IMG/VR virus record: IMGVR_UViG_3300049925_000149
Span: 1 to 29,069 of that record
DNA length: 29,069 bases
Source of the DNA: a virus
Lineage: Duplodnaviria > Caudoviricetes
Strand: one strand, 5' to 3'
Shown: in pieces, positions 1-9,367 of the stretch
Layout of the letters: every line of letters begins with the position of its first letter
Numbering within the stretch: the first letter of the stretch is position 1
Notes under the pieces: generated by a model
The model's input: only the letters and a program-made list of their open reading frames with translations
Databases searched by the model: none
Told to the model about the DNA's origin: nothing
Translations under genes and position numbers: made by a program

Positions 1-48
1 GTTCCAAACTCACAATCAGTTAATATTAACATTGTTGAGGCTGCCTGA
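1..48 (+). CDS. 3' end of an upstream gene (partial, ...VPNSQSVNINIVEAA*)
   Basis: Open frame from base 1 to TGA at 46-48, overlapping the next ATG (TGATG), the coupling pattern seen elsewhere in the window. Confidence 0.6.
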   Translation, partial: VPNSQSVNINIVEAA

Positions 49-1010
49 TGGCTTCAAATGATTTCCAGTCTCGTGTAATACGAACAAATCAAATTGTTAA
101 TTCAGGATCTTTAAGCACAACACCTATGCTTGTGTATGGCTTAGGATCAGCTCTTGACACAAACGGTGGATTTGCTGCTGCCCATTTTATAACAGGTAGT
201 GACACTTGGTTGTTTGTTTCGGGTTCAAGATTAGCTAAAGGAACTAGCACTCGCGGTGTAGCAACATTTGGTGGTGATGTCGTTGTTTCTGGATCCATTT
301 ACGATATAAATGGAAATCCTTATGCAACAGCTGGTGGATCACCAGGTGGGTCAAATACTCAAGTTCAGTTTAATGACTCATCAACATTTTCAGGCAGCGC
401 CGGCTTTACCTTTAATAAAGCAAGTAATAATGTCACAATTGCTGGAGATCTTGCAGTTAATGGTGGTGACATTACTACAACAGCTTCTGCTGCCACAATA
501 TTTTCAACAAATATAACATCTTTAAGTCTTGCAAATGTTGCTCAAGATATTACAGTTGGTGGATCAATAAACAATTCATCACTTTTGAATTTTAACTTAG
601 CAAGTTATAGAGTTGGAGATGTAGAGCTGAATATTGGAACTGGTGCAACCGGTGGAGGATGGACAAAAACTTTAAATCTTGGAACAGGTGGACTGGGTGG
701 GTCAGCCACAATTATTAATCTTGGAACTGTTGATACCGTCGGCCCAACAACTGTTAATCTTTCAGGATCATTCCATATTACGGGAACAACAACAACAAGT
801 GGATCAATAATTCCAGCATCTGATGTGACATACACTCTTGGAACATCAGCAAAAAGATGGGCACACATTTATACAGGCGACTTACATTTAAAAAATGATC
901 GTGGTGACTGGACAATTATTGAAGAGAATGATTTCTTAAGAGTTCGTAATAATAAGAGCGGCAAAAATTTCAAAATTATAATGCAAGAGATCAACTACCA
1001 AGATAGTTAA
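48..1010 (+). CDS. Putative tail fibre / virion structural protein (320 aa)
   Basis: G/S/T-rich beta-type composition; GGSNTQVQFND motif; C-terminal module LGTSAKRWAHIYTGDLHLKNDRGDWTIIEE resembling phage fibre ends and shared with the next gene. Confidence 0.7.
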   Translation: MASNDFQSRVIRTNQIVNSGSLSTTPMLVYGLGSALDTNGGFAAAHFITGSDTWLFVSGSRLAKGTSTRGVATFGGDVVVSGSIYDINGNPYATAGGSPGGSNTQVQFNDSSTFSGSAGFTFNKASNNVTIAGDLAVNGGDITTTASAATIFSTNITSLSLANVAQDITVGGSINNSSLLNFNLASYRVGDVELNIGTGATGGGWTKTLNLGTGGLGGSATIINLGTVDTVGPTTVNLSGSFHITGTTTTSGSIIPASDVTYTLGTSAKRWAHIYTGDLHLKNDRGDWTIIEENDFLRVRNNKSGKNFKIIMQEINYQDS

Positions 1011-1031
1011 AAATAACATCGGGGTGATTTT

Positions 1032-2342
1032 ATGTCTTTTGTAGGTTCTCTTTCTGCTTCTATTAGCAGCCCAACAATTGGTGTCACAGGTTCATTAATT
1101 CCTGGAACAACTGGATTTTCTCTTGGAACATCAACAAATAAGTGGCAGGTTGTTGATGCCCAGTATGTGACTGGAACAATTAAAATGGTTGATGCTGCCC
1201 ACCAGTTTTTGGCTGCGGGAACAGGTATTACTCTTAATTACAATGATCTTGGACAATGGGAAGTTACAGGAACTGCTTCGGCCACAGCAGCGGGTGCTGA
1301 CACCCAGGTTCAGTTTAATGATGGTGGAACAGCATTTGGCGCCAGCGCCAATTTAACATTTAACAAGACAACAAATGTTCTATCAACAGTAAATGCAAAT
1401 GTGACGACAGTTTCAGCATCAAATATTGTTCCGCACGCAACGCAAATCTTTGTTGGCGGTCAAGGAAAAGTAGCTCCAGGTTCATTTGGCACTGATTCGC
1501 TAGTGTTTATTTCAGGATCTGATGCTGACAGAATGATTGTTGGAGGAACACTTGTTCTTTCAGGTGATGTTTATGCAAAGAATTCATCACATCAAAACAC
1601 TGTCCAGATAATTGCTGCAAATGGATCAATCAGCGGTTCTGGAAATCTTTCGACAGCCGGTGATCTTGCTGTTCAAGGCAACGCAATTATCACAGGAAAT
1701 CTTACTGTCAATGGAACAACAGTTACTGAGAACGTTGACAATATGACAATTGAAGATCCAATCATTGGACTTGGATTTACAAATGTTGGAACAGGTTCAG
1801 CTGGTGATAGAGGATTTATTGGCGGAATTATTGGTGGACAAAATGTAGCATTTGCTTGGTCAGATGGTAACTCATCATTCATTCATGCTAGAACTCTTAC
1901 AAATCCTGATAGCGCTGGTCCAATTAGCATTTCTTCTTATCTGCCAGCCAGAGCAAGTTCATTCCAGGTGAATGGAACATCAGCTTATGTTAGCTCATCA
2001 AATGGAAGCAATCTTGACTTAATGTCGGCTGCTCGCCTAAGATTGTCTGGATCAACAAGCGTGCAGGTGACTGGGTCGATGTACATTGGCGCTACACTTT
2101 CAGACACTGTAACTTTTAATTCGTTTGTTGCTTCAAATTTCACACCTCAAACTGATGTCACATACGATCTTGGCGCATCTGATAAGCGCTGGCGCAACAT
2201 TTACACAGGCGACTTACATCTAAGAAACGAAAGAGGAGATTACACCTTGATCGAAGAGGCTGACTTCCTTTCTATTAGATTTAATAAGACTGGTAAGCGT
2301 TATAAGTTCCTTCTTGAGCGTGTTCCTGAGCTTGATGAGTAA
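1032..2342 (+). CDS. Putative tail fibre / virion structural protein (436 aa)
   Basis: SD-like GGGGTG upstream; GADTQVQFND, GNLTVNGTT..IEDPII motifs; C-terminal YDLGASDKRWRNIYTGDLHLRNERGDYTLIEE paralogous to the previous gene. Confidence 0.75.
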   Translation: MSFVGSLSASISSPTIGVTGSLIPGTTGFSLGTSTNKWQVVDAQYVTGTIKMVDAAHQFLAAGTGITLNYNDLGQWEVTGTASATAAGADTQVQFNDGGTAFGASANLTFNKTTNVLSTVNANVTTVSASNIVPHATQIFVGGQGKVAPGSFGTDSLVFISGSDADRMIVGGTLVLSGDVYAKNSSHQNTVQIIAANGSISGSGNLSTAGDLAVQGNAIITGNLTVNGTTVTENVDNMTIEDPIIGLGFTNVGTGSAGDRGFIGGIIGGQNVAFAWSDGNSSFIHARTLTNPDSAGPISISSYLPARASSFQVNGTSAYVSSSNGSNLDLMSAARLRLSGSTSVQVTGSMYIGATLSDTVTFNSFVASNFTPQTDVTYDLGASDKRWRNIYTGDLHLRNERGDYTLIEEADFLSIRFNKTGKRYKFLLERVPELDE

Positions 2343-2351
2343 ATAATCTTG

Positions 2352-2393
2352 TGATTATAAGGTAATCGTTTTATTGCAATTACCTTATAATCA
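2352..2393. promoter_or_regulatory. Perfect 15-bp inverted repeat with a TATAAT box in each arm (hairpin, operator or promoter)
   Basis: TGATTATAAGGTAAT (2352-2366) and ATTACCTTATAATCA (2379-2393) with a 12-nt loop; + strand TATAAT at 2386-2391 ends 6 nt before ATG 2398. Confidence 0.7.
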
Positions 2394-2397
2394 TTGC

Positions 2398-3300
2398 ATG
2401 TTTACTAGTCCTTTTACACAAGAACCTCGTCCAAAAGTCCTGTTTGTGCAGGACTTTTTACTTTCTGACTTAGTTGGTGGCGCTGAGCTATCAATGGATG
2501 CTCTCCACAAATCAGCTCCAGTTAAGTTTAGTGTTATTAGATCATCACAACTTACTCGAGAAATAGTAGAAGCTAACTTACAAGCTCATTGGATTTTCGG
2601 TAATTTTTCGCACCTTGATCCATATTTAATCGCTGCTTTTAGTCAATCACCTGTTAGCTACTCAGTATATGAACATGATTATAAATTTTGTCGCTGGAGA
2701 TCTGTTGAGAAGCATTTGATTGAAGGTGGTGAAGAGTGTAAATGTGAAACCCATCCTTGGGGACAATTGGTTGAAAGATTTTATTTAAATGCTAAGCAAG
2801 TTTGGTTTTGTTCTCAAAAGCATATGGAAAGATATTTTGAAAGATTTCCAAGGCTAAAATCTGCTAACTGCTCAGTTTTGTCAGCTGTCTTTGGTGAAGA
2901 TTTTTTTCATAAAATTGTTCCTCTTATTAATTCACTGCCAAATCGAAAGAAAGCTGGGTGGTTAACGCTAGACTCATCTAGTTGGATAAAGGGGACAGAT
3001 ACAGCAAAATCATGGCTTGAGGCCAATGGTAAAACATACAAGTTGATTAAAAATTTAACTCCAGATCAAGTTCTTGAAGAAATGGCAAATGCTGAAGGAT
3101 TTGTATGTTTACCTAAAGGTGCTGATGTCTCTAATAGAATGGTGACTGAAGCTAAATTATTAGGATGTCAAATTGTCACTAATTCTAATGTTCAGCATGT
3201 TGGAGAAGAATGGCTTGAATATCCTGATGTGAAAAATACCTTACAATGGCTCTATAATAGAAGAAATATTTTTTGGACCAGAACCCTGGAGTTTGTATGA
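2398..3300 (+). CDS. Glycosyltransferase, GT-B fold (GT4-like)
   Basis: GGAELS, HDY and SNRMVTEAKLLGC motifs resembling GT4 signatures; ATG 2398 preferred over TTG 2374, which lies inside the inverted repeat. Confidence 0.65.
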   Translation: MFTSPFTQEPRPKVLFVQDFLLSDLVGGAELSMDALHKSAPVKFSVIRSSQLTREIVEANLQAHWIFGNFSHLDPYLIAAFSQSPVSYSVYEHDYKFCRWRSVEKHLIEGGEECKCETHPWGQLVERFYLNAKQVWFCSQKHMERYFERFPRLKSANCSVLSAVFGEDFFHKIVPLINSLPNRKKAGWLTLDSSSWIKGTDTAKSWLEANGKTYKLIKNLTPDQVLEEMANAEGFVCLPKGADVSNRMVTEAKLLGCQIVTNSNVQHVGEEWLEYPDVKNTLQWLYNRRNIFWTRTLEFV

Positions 3301-4052
3301 ACTTAAAAATTGTTGTTCCTGTCAGAAATAGTGAGCAATGGATTGGAAAGTGTATCAATTCAATTGCTGAACAGAATTATCAAGGACCTTGGGAGTGCTT
3401 GATAGTAGATGATGCATCTACGGATGGGACTGTAGAAAAAATTAAAGATGCAATTGACGCAATTCAGTCAAATGAAGTTCAAGCTAAATTTAAAACTAAA
3501 TTTAACTCTAAAAGAGTTGGAGCTTTAGAAAACTTTGTAGATGGATTTAAAATTTTAAACGCTGAGCAAGATCCTGAAGCTGTTCTTATTCAAATAGATG
3601 GTGATGATTGGCTTTTTGGGCCTGCTGTATTTCAAATAATTAATTATGCGTATCAGCAAACAGGTTGTTGGATAACATGGGGAAGTTATGTTGAGTGGCC
3701 GACTGGAGCTCCTGGTATGGCTAAACCTTTACCAGATGAAGCACATAAAAATTGTGACTATAGAATGAGACCATGGGTAACCAGCGCTCTTAGAACATTT
3801 AAATCTCATTTGTGGTATTCAATAAAAGATTCAGATTTGCGTGATGATAATGGAAAATATTATGATGTGACTTGGGATCTTGCGCATATGTTTCCTATGA
3901 TTGAAATGGCAAGAGAAAGAAGCATTTACATACCTTACACTTTATATTGCTATAATAGAGAAACTCCTTTTTCTGATGATAAAATTAATCGTGAAAGACA
4001 AATTAATACAGAAAAGAAAATTAGAATGATGAAACCATATGATAGAAAATAA
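3297..4052 (+). CDS. Glycosyltransferase family 2 (GT-A)
   Basis: IVVPVRNSEQWIGKCINSI..Q, IVDDASTDGT and DGDD (DxD) motifs; ATGA overlap with the previous stop supports start 3297. Confidence 0.9.
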   Translation: MNLKIVVPVRNSEQWIGKCINSIAEQNYQGPWECLIVDDASTDGTVEKIKDAIDAIQSNEVQAKFKTKFNSKRVGALENFVDGFKILNAEQDPEAVLIQIDGDDWLFGPAVFQIINYAYQQTGCWITWGSYVEWPTGAPGMAKPLPDEAHKNCDYRMRPWVTSALRTFKSHLWYSIKDSDLRDDNGKYYDVTWDLAHMFPMIEMARERSIYIPYTLYCYNRETPFSDDKINRERQINTEKKIRMMKPYDRK

Positions 4053-4053
4053 A

Positions 4054-4875
4054 ATGAAACAATACAATTTATTTGATAAAAACTTTTTAGGATGTGAAAA
4101 AGAGCAAGGGTTTGACGCAGCTTCAAAAACAAAACCAGAAAAAGGTTCTTGGATTAGAGATCAATTAAACTGGCCGGGTGCAACAGTTTTTACAGATGAT
4201 ATGTGTTTTACAAACACTGTTGATGTTGTGTCTTCTAAAATAAAAATTGCTTGGCTTTTAGAATCTCCAGGTGTAAAATCTTATGTTTATGAAAACATAA
4301 ATCAAGTTCAACACAAATTTGATTATGTTTTTACATTTTTACCTGACAATTTGGCAAATGAATTAAAAATTAAAAAAGAAAAATATGTTCATTGTCATTT
4401 AGGTGGTGCTTGGGTATCTTTTGAAGAAGCATCTAACAAAAAAACAAAATTGGTTTCATTAATAGCAAGTGAAAAGAATTATTTGCCAGGACATCAACTT
4501 CGTCATGAAATTGCCAAAAAAATTGGCGGAATCGATTTATACGGAAAAGCATATAAGCCTATTAAAAATAAATCTGAAGCTTTAGATGAATATGCATTTT
4601 CATTTGTCGTCGAAAACTTTTCAGTCCCTGGATATTTCACTGAAAAGTTAATTGATTCTTTTTTAAGAAAAACAATACCTGTGTATTGGGGAGATCCAAA
4701 CATTATTAATGTTTTTAATAAAGATGGAATCATTTTTTTAAATGATTTGCAAAATATTAATTTTGATTTTTATAATTCAAAATTGGAAACAATTGAAGAA
4801 AATTATAACATTGCTCTAAAATATAAGAGTAATGATGATAACATTTTTGAAAAAATTAATGAGCTTGAAAAATAA
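4054..4875 (+). CDS. GT10-like (alpha-1,3/4-fucosyltransferase family) glycosyltransferase
   Basis: YAFSFVVENFSVPGYFTEKLIDSF..KTIPVYWGDP matches the GT10 motif; start could be 4039 or 4054. Confidence 0.8.
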   Translation: MKQYNLFDKNFLGCEKEQGFDAASKTKPEKGSWIRDQLNWPGATVFTDDMCFTNTVDVVSSKIKIAWLLESPGVKSYVYENINQVQHKFDYVFTFLPDNLANELKIKKEKYVHCHLGGAWVSFEEASNKKTKLVSLIASEKNYLPGHQLRHEIAKKIGGIDLYGKAYKPIKNKSEALDEYAFSFVVENFSVPGYFTEKLIDSFLRKTIPVYWGDPNIINVFNKDGIIFLNDLQNINFDFYNSKLETIEENYNIALKYKSNDDNIFEKINELEK

Positions 4876-4876
4876 T

Positions 4877-5587
4877 ATGCAAACTCCATATGCTTATGTT
4901 ATCTCTCTTAAAGAGAGAGAAGATAGAAGAAAAATATTTAAACAAAATGCTGACTATCAAAATTTAGATTTTGAGTTTGTAGATGCTATAAAAGGAGAAG
5001 ACAATTTAATTTCAAAGCAATTTGCATGTTCAATTTCTCATTTAAAAGCAATTTCTAAATTTTTAAACTCTAATAAAGAATGGTGCATCATTTTTGAAGA
5101 TGATGCTGATTTGTGTTCAAATTTTGTTGAACACGCAACTGACAAAATGGAAAAAACTCTTCAAGCTAATTTTAATTTTTGCTATCTTGGAGGGTTTGGT
5201 TTTGCAACTGACACTTTCACTTCAAATACATGGAAAGATTGGAAAGGAAGATGTCAAAAAATAAATGATGGTTTGTATAAAGCTTTAATAGTTGATGGTG
5301 CACATTGTTATTCAATAAATAAACAATCAGCAAATCAAATTTTAAATGTAGCCACAGCATATCTTAAATTTTTTGAATCAACTGGATTTGTCCCTTCTTA
5401 TCCTATTGTCAATCATAATAATCCTGGGTTTGACAATATTTTAAATGATTTAGTCATAAAGGGAATTGTAAAAGCAACCGTTTGTTATCCAGTACTTTCT
5501 AATCAGCTACCAGGATTTTCAAATATTGAAAATGAAGAATTGTCAAGACCATTAATTGATAAAATTTTGCAAAGAGAATTTAAATGA
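4877..5587 (+). CDS. GT25 family (Lex2/LgtB-like) glycosyltransferase
   Basis: YVISLKEREDRR, FEFVDAI.G, ACSISH, IFEDDA, AHCYSI motifs; ATG 4877 lies just after the previous stop. Confidence 0.8.
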   Translation: MQTPYAYVISLKEREDRRKIFKQNADYQNLDFEFVDAIKGEDNLISKQFACSISHLKAISKFLNSNKEWCIIFEDDADLCSNFVEHATDKMEKTLQANFNFCYLGGFGFATDTFTSNTWKDWKGRCQKINDGLYKALIVDGAHCYSINKQSANQILNVATAYLKFFESTGFVPSYPIVNHNNPGFDNILNDLVIKGIVKATVCYPVLSNQLPGFSNIENEELSRPLIDKILQREFK

Positions 5588-6312
5588 TTACTGTGAAACC
5601 GGAAGGCCGACTTGCCAATAATCTTTTTCAATACACATTTGGAAGATTAATTCATGAATCAACGGGTCTTGCTTTAAATTACACTGTGAACACAAAAATT
5701 TTTAAAACTCCAGCTTTGGAAGGAAGAACTGGAGAAGAAGAGCAAGTTGTAATTACAGATTATTTTGATACAATGAAAGAAAGTGTAGTTGATTTAAATT
5801 TTGTAAATAAAGAATATAGAAATAAAAACATTCTTCTTCATGGATTTTTTCAAAATAAATCTTATTTTAATCATAGAAGAAGTGATGTGAAAAAATGGTT
5901 AGGAGAAATAACTGTAAGTAATTCTGAATGGACTGGAATTCATATAAGAAAAACAGACTATAAACCATTAGGCTGGGACCTCCCTGATTTTTATTATGAA
6001 AAGTGCCTTGAATTAGCTAATCCAGAACATGTAATGATCTTTACGGATGAGCCAGAAAATCAATATGTAAAAATTTTGCTAAATCGCGGAGCAAAAATTG
6101 TCCAGGCCTCGCCTGAAGAATCAATGTATTTATTAGGAACTTGTGGTAAGATAATCATATCAAGAAGCACTTTTTCATGGTGGTCTGCGTTTTTATCATC
6201 ACCTGAAAAAGTTTATTATCCAAGACCAGCTAGAGGATGGTGGTCCGTTAAAGATACACCAACCAAAGTTATTGAAGTAGATTCAAGTGAATATCACTAT
6301 GTAGATTTTTAA
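5584..6312 (+). CDS. GT11 family (alpha-1,2-fucosyltransferase-like)
   Basis: GRLANNLFQY, GFFQN..YF, GIHIRKTDY, IFTD and STFSWWSAFL motifs. Confidence 0.85.
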   Translation: MITVKPEGRLANNLFQYTFGRLIHESTGLALNYTVNTKIFKTPALEGRTGEEEQVVITDYFDTMKESVVDLNFVNKEYRNKNILLHGFFQNKSYFNHRRSDVKKWLGEITVSNSEWTGIHIRKTDYKPLGWDLPDFYYEKCLELANPEHVMIFTDEPENQYVKILLNRGAKIVQASPEESMYLLGTCGKIIISRSTFSWWSAFLSSPEKVYYPRPARGWWSVKDTPTKVIEVDSSEYHYVDF

Positions 6313-6333
6313 AAATAATAGGAATTGAGTCTT

Positions 6334-7047
6334 ATGAAGAGCGCAATATGTGTGTCAGGACATATAAGAACATTATATCATGCATTTCCACAAAGCTTAA
6401 ACACAATTAAAAAATTAAATGAAAATTATGATTTTCATGTTTACGCTTCATTTTGGGATAATCAAGATGGAAGAGTTTACAAAATAAATGATCCTCATCA
6501 TTACATTGCTAATTTAACAAATGTGCCTTTTTCTTTAGAAAAAGATTTTATTCATGATTGGTTTATGAGTTTAGGTGTTAAGAGTTGTGAAATAAAAATG
6601 CTAGATCATTCATTAATGGATGATCTTTTTGAAAAAGGTCATTCATTAATAGATTTTACAAACAAACATTTACTTCCTCAATATTTTTCAACTAAGTCAT
6701 GTTTTTCTATGGTGCCATATAATCAATATTCACATGTTATTAGAATAAGACCAGACATAGTAATTAAAGATTTTCCTTCTTTAGATTCTATAAAAGAAGA
6801 ACTTATAACAAATTTATATGCGTGGTACAATGATAAAGCAAAAGACGAATTTGAAAATGAAATGATTTGGATTGCTAAAAATAATATAGCAAAAGAGTCA
6901 GCTTCTATTTACGATAAAATAATAAACAATTGTCATCCTTATGGCAAAAATCCATTAAAATATGGCGAAGCAATGACAGGAAGACATTTTTTTGCAATGA
7001 AATGCACTAAATCAAGATTTAATTTTAACTATAGGGTTGCAAGATGA
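6334..7047 (+). CDS. Hypothetical protein, possibly glycan-modifying
   Basis: AICVSGHIRT...VIRIRPDI pattern recalls uncharacterised proteins of viral glycosylation clusters; coupled (ATGA) to the cytidylyltransferase; alternative TTG start at 6325. Confidence 0.5.
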   Translation: MKSAICVSGHIRTLYHAFPQSLNTIKKLNENYDFHVYASFWDNQDGRVYKINDPHHYIANLTNVPFSLEKDFIHDWFMSLGVKSCEIKMLDHSLMDDLFEKGHSLIDFTNKHLLPQYFSTKSCFSMVPYNQYSHVIRIRPDIVIKDFPSLDSIKEELITNLYAWYNDKAKDEFENEMIWIAKNNIAKESASIYDKIINNCHPYGKNPLKYGEAMTGRHFFAMKCTKSRFNFNYRVAR

Positions 7048-7469
7048 GAGTGTTATATACTGGAGGAACATTTGATGTTTTTCATTATGGTCATGCAAAT
7101 TTTTTAAAACAATGTAAGCTTTTAGCTGACAACGTAGTTGTTTCATTAAACACTGATGATTTTATTCTTGATTATAAAAAGAAATTACCAATTCTTTCTT
7201 ACAAAGAAAGAGAATTGTCGCTTCTTGGTTGCAAATATGTTGATTCAGTCGTTCCAAATATTGGAGGAAAAGATAGTAAACCTTCTATTTTAAAAGTCAA
7301 ACCTAATATCATTGCTGTTGGAGACGATTGGGCTGCAAAAAATTATTTTGATCAAATGATGTTTGATCAAGAGTGGCTTGACAACAATAAAATTGTTTTA
7401 GTATATGTTCCTTACACTAAAGGAATATCAACTACTGACATAAAAAATAGAATAATGGAAACTAAATGA
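7044..7469 (+). CDS. Cytidylyltransferase, TagD / glycerol-3-phosphate cytidylyltransferase-like
   Basis: GGTFDVFHYGH (HxGH), CKYVDSV, VGDDW and YTKGISTT motifs. Confidence 0.85.
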   Translation: MRVLYTGGTFDVFHYGHANFLKQCKLLADNVVVSLNTDDFILDYKKKLPILSYKERELSLLGCKYVDSVVPNIGGKDSKPSILKVKPNIIAVGDDWAAKNYFDQMMFDQEWLDNNKIVLVYVPYTKGISTTDIKNRIMETK

Positions 7470-8386
7470 AATTAATCACAGGAGCCTCTGGTCTTCTTGG
7501 CTCTGAAATAGTGAAGCAAGATCCAGCAGCTGTTGGGATGTCTTCAAAAGACTGCAACCTTTTAACTAATAGTTTTTATCATTATCTTAATGATAAATCT
7601 AATAATGTTGTCATACATTGCGCTGCTCGAGTCGGTGGTGTGAAAGCAAATACTGACTCCGTTGCAGATTTTTTTGACGACAATATGAAAATGAACATGA
7701 ATGTTATTGATGGATGCCGCGGCCCCGGCCGAAAGCTTGTTTCAGTTCTTTCAACATGTATCTATCCTGATCATCAATATGTCAAATATCCTTTGACAGA
7801 AGATCAACTACATCTCGGCCCACCCCACAGCTCAAATTACGGATATGCTTATGCAAAAAGAATGCTTGAAGTTCAAAGCAGAGCTTATCGCCAGCAATTT
7901 GGATGCAATTTTATTACAGTCATTCCAAATAATCTTTATGGCCCAAATGACAATTATGATCTTGAAAGTGGTCATGTCATTCCAGCTTTAATTAGAAAAT
8001 TTTATGAAGCCAAAGTTTCAAAAACGGGTGTTGTCACATTATGGGGTGATGGAACACCTATTCGTGAATTCACATTTGCAAGAGATGCCGCAAAGATAAT
8101 TTTGTGGTTATCAGAAAATTATAATGGAGAATCACCTGTTAACATTGGAAACACTGAAGAAATAACAATAAGAAAATTAGCTGAAATGATTGCAGATGAA
8201 ATTGGATTTTATGGTGTTATAAACTTTGATACAAGCAAACCAAACGGACAACACAAAAAGCCAACTTCAAATGAATACTTAAAAAGTCTTGGCTGGAATG
8301 GAGAATACACACCTCTTCGTGAAGGTTTAAAAGAAACAATTAGACATTTTGTTAAAATGTATCCTAATGTTAGAGGTATCGTATAA
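7466..8386 (+). CDS. fcl: GDP-L-fucose synthase
   Basis: GASGLLG, HCAARVGG, STCIYP, YAYAKR, NLYGPNDNY, HVIPALIRKF, WGDGTPIREF. Confidence 0.93.
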   Translation: MKLITGASGLLGSEIVKQDPAAVGMSSKDCNLLTNSFYHYLNDKSNNVVIHCAARVGGVKANTDSVADFFDDNMKMNMNVIDGCRGPGRKLVSVLSTCIYPDHQYVKYPLTEDQLHLGPPHSSNYGYAYAKRMLEVQSRAYRQQFGCNFITVIPNNLYGPNDNYDLESGHVIPALIRKFYEAKVSKTGVVTLWGDGTPIREFTFARDAAKIILWLSENYNGESPVNIGNTEEITIRKLAEMIADEIGFYGVINFDTSKPNGQHKKPTSNEYLKSLGWNGEYTPLREGLKETIRHFVKMYPNVRGIV

Positions 8387-8392
8387 TAACTC

Positions 8393-9367
8393 ATGAAAAC
8401 AGCATTTTTGACAGGTGTCACGGGCCAAGATGGATCCTATCTTGCGGAACTTCTTCTCCAAAAGGGTTATAAAGTTGTAGGAATGAAGCGCAGAACATCA
8501 CTTTTGGCAACTGACAGAATTGATCATCTCATTTCAAATCCTAATTTCCAACTTGTGTATGGTTCCCTAAATGACTCTGGAGCTTTTTATAAACTCTTTT
8601 CAGAACAAAAGTTTGATGAAGTTTATAATCTAGCAGCTCAATCACATGTTAGAGTTTCATTTGATGTTCCAGAAGAAACTGTTGATGCTGTTGCAATGGG
8701 ACCACTTCGTCTTCTTGAATGTATAAAAACAATGCAACCTGCCGCCCGATTTTATCAAGCAAGTTCTTCAGAAATGTTTGGAGACAATCCTGAAAATCCT
8801 CAAAGTGAAGAGACTAGTCTTATGCCAGCTTCACCTTATGCTTGTGCTAAAGTGTTTGCTCATGGTCTTGTAAGAAATTATCGAGAAGGTTATCATCTTC
8901 ACGCATCGTCTGGGATACTTTTTAATCATGAAAGCCCTCGCCGTGGTGAAACATTTGTGACAAGAAAGATTACACGGGCGGCTGCTAGAATTAAGCTTGG
9001 TCTTCAAGATACAATCAGCCTTGGAAATCTTGAAGCAAAGCGTGATTGGGGATATGCAAAAGATTATGTTGAAGCAATGTGGTTAATGCTACAACAAGAT
9101 CAACCAGATGATTATGTTATTGCAACTGGTGAAACACATAGTGTTCGTGAGTTTTTGCATGAAGTTTTTCAAATTGCAAATCTTGATGTTGAAAAACATT
9201 TAAGAATTGATGAAAGATTGTTTAGGCCTCACGAAGTTCCTCTTCTTCTTGGTGATATGAGTAAAGCAAAAAAGAAATTAGGCTGGACTCCCAAAACAAA
9301 CTTTAAAGAATTAGCAAAAATAATGTATGAGTCTGACTTAAAAGATCAAATGAAATTGATCAGGTAA
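8393..9367 (+). CDS. gmd: GDP-mannose 4,6-dehydratase
   Basis: [69 protein letters not shown]. Confidence 0.97.
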   Translation: MKTAFLTGVTGQDGSYLAELLLQKGYKVVGMKRRTSLLATDRIDHLISNPNFQLVYGSLNDSGAFYKLFSEQKFDEVYNLAAQSHVRVSFDVPEETVDAVAMGPLRLLECIKTMQPAARFYQASSSEMFGDNPENPQSEETSLMPASPYACAKVFAHGLVRNYREGYHLHASSGILFNHESPRRGETFVTRKITRAAARIKLGLQDTISLGNLEAKRDWGYAKDYVEAMWLMLQQDQPDDYVIATGETHSVREFLHEVFQIANLDVEKHLRIDERLFRPHEVPLLLGDMSKAKKKLGWTPKTNFKELAKIMYESDLKDQMKLIR

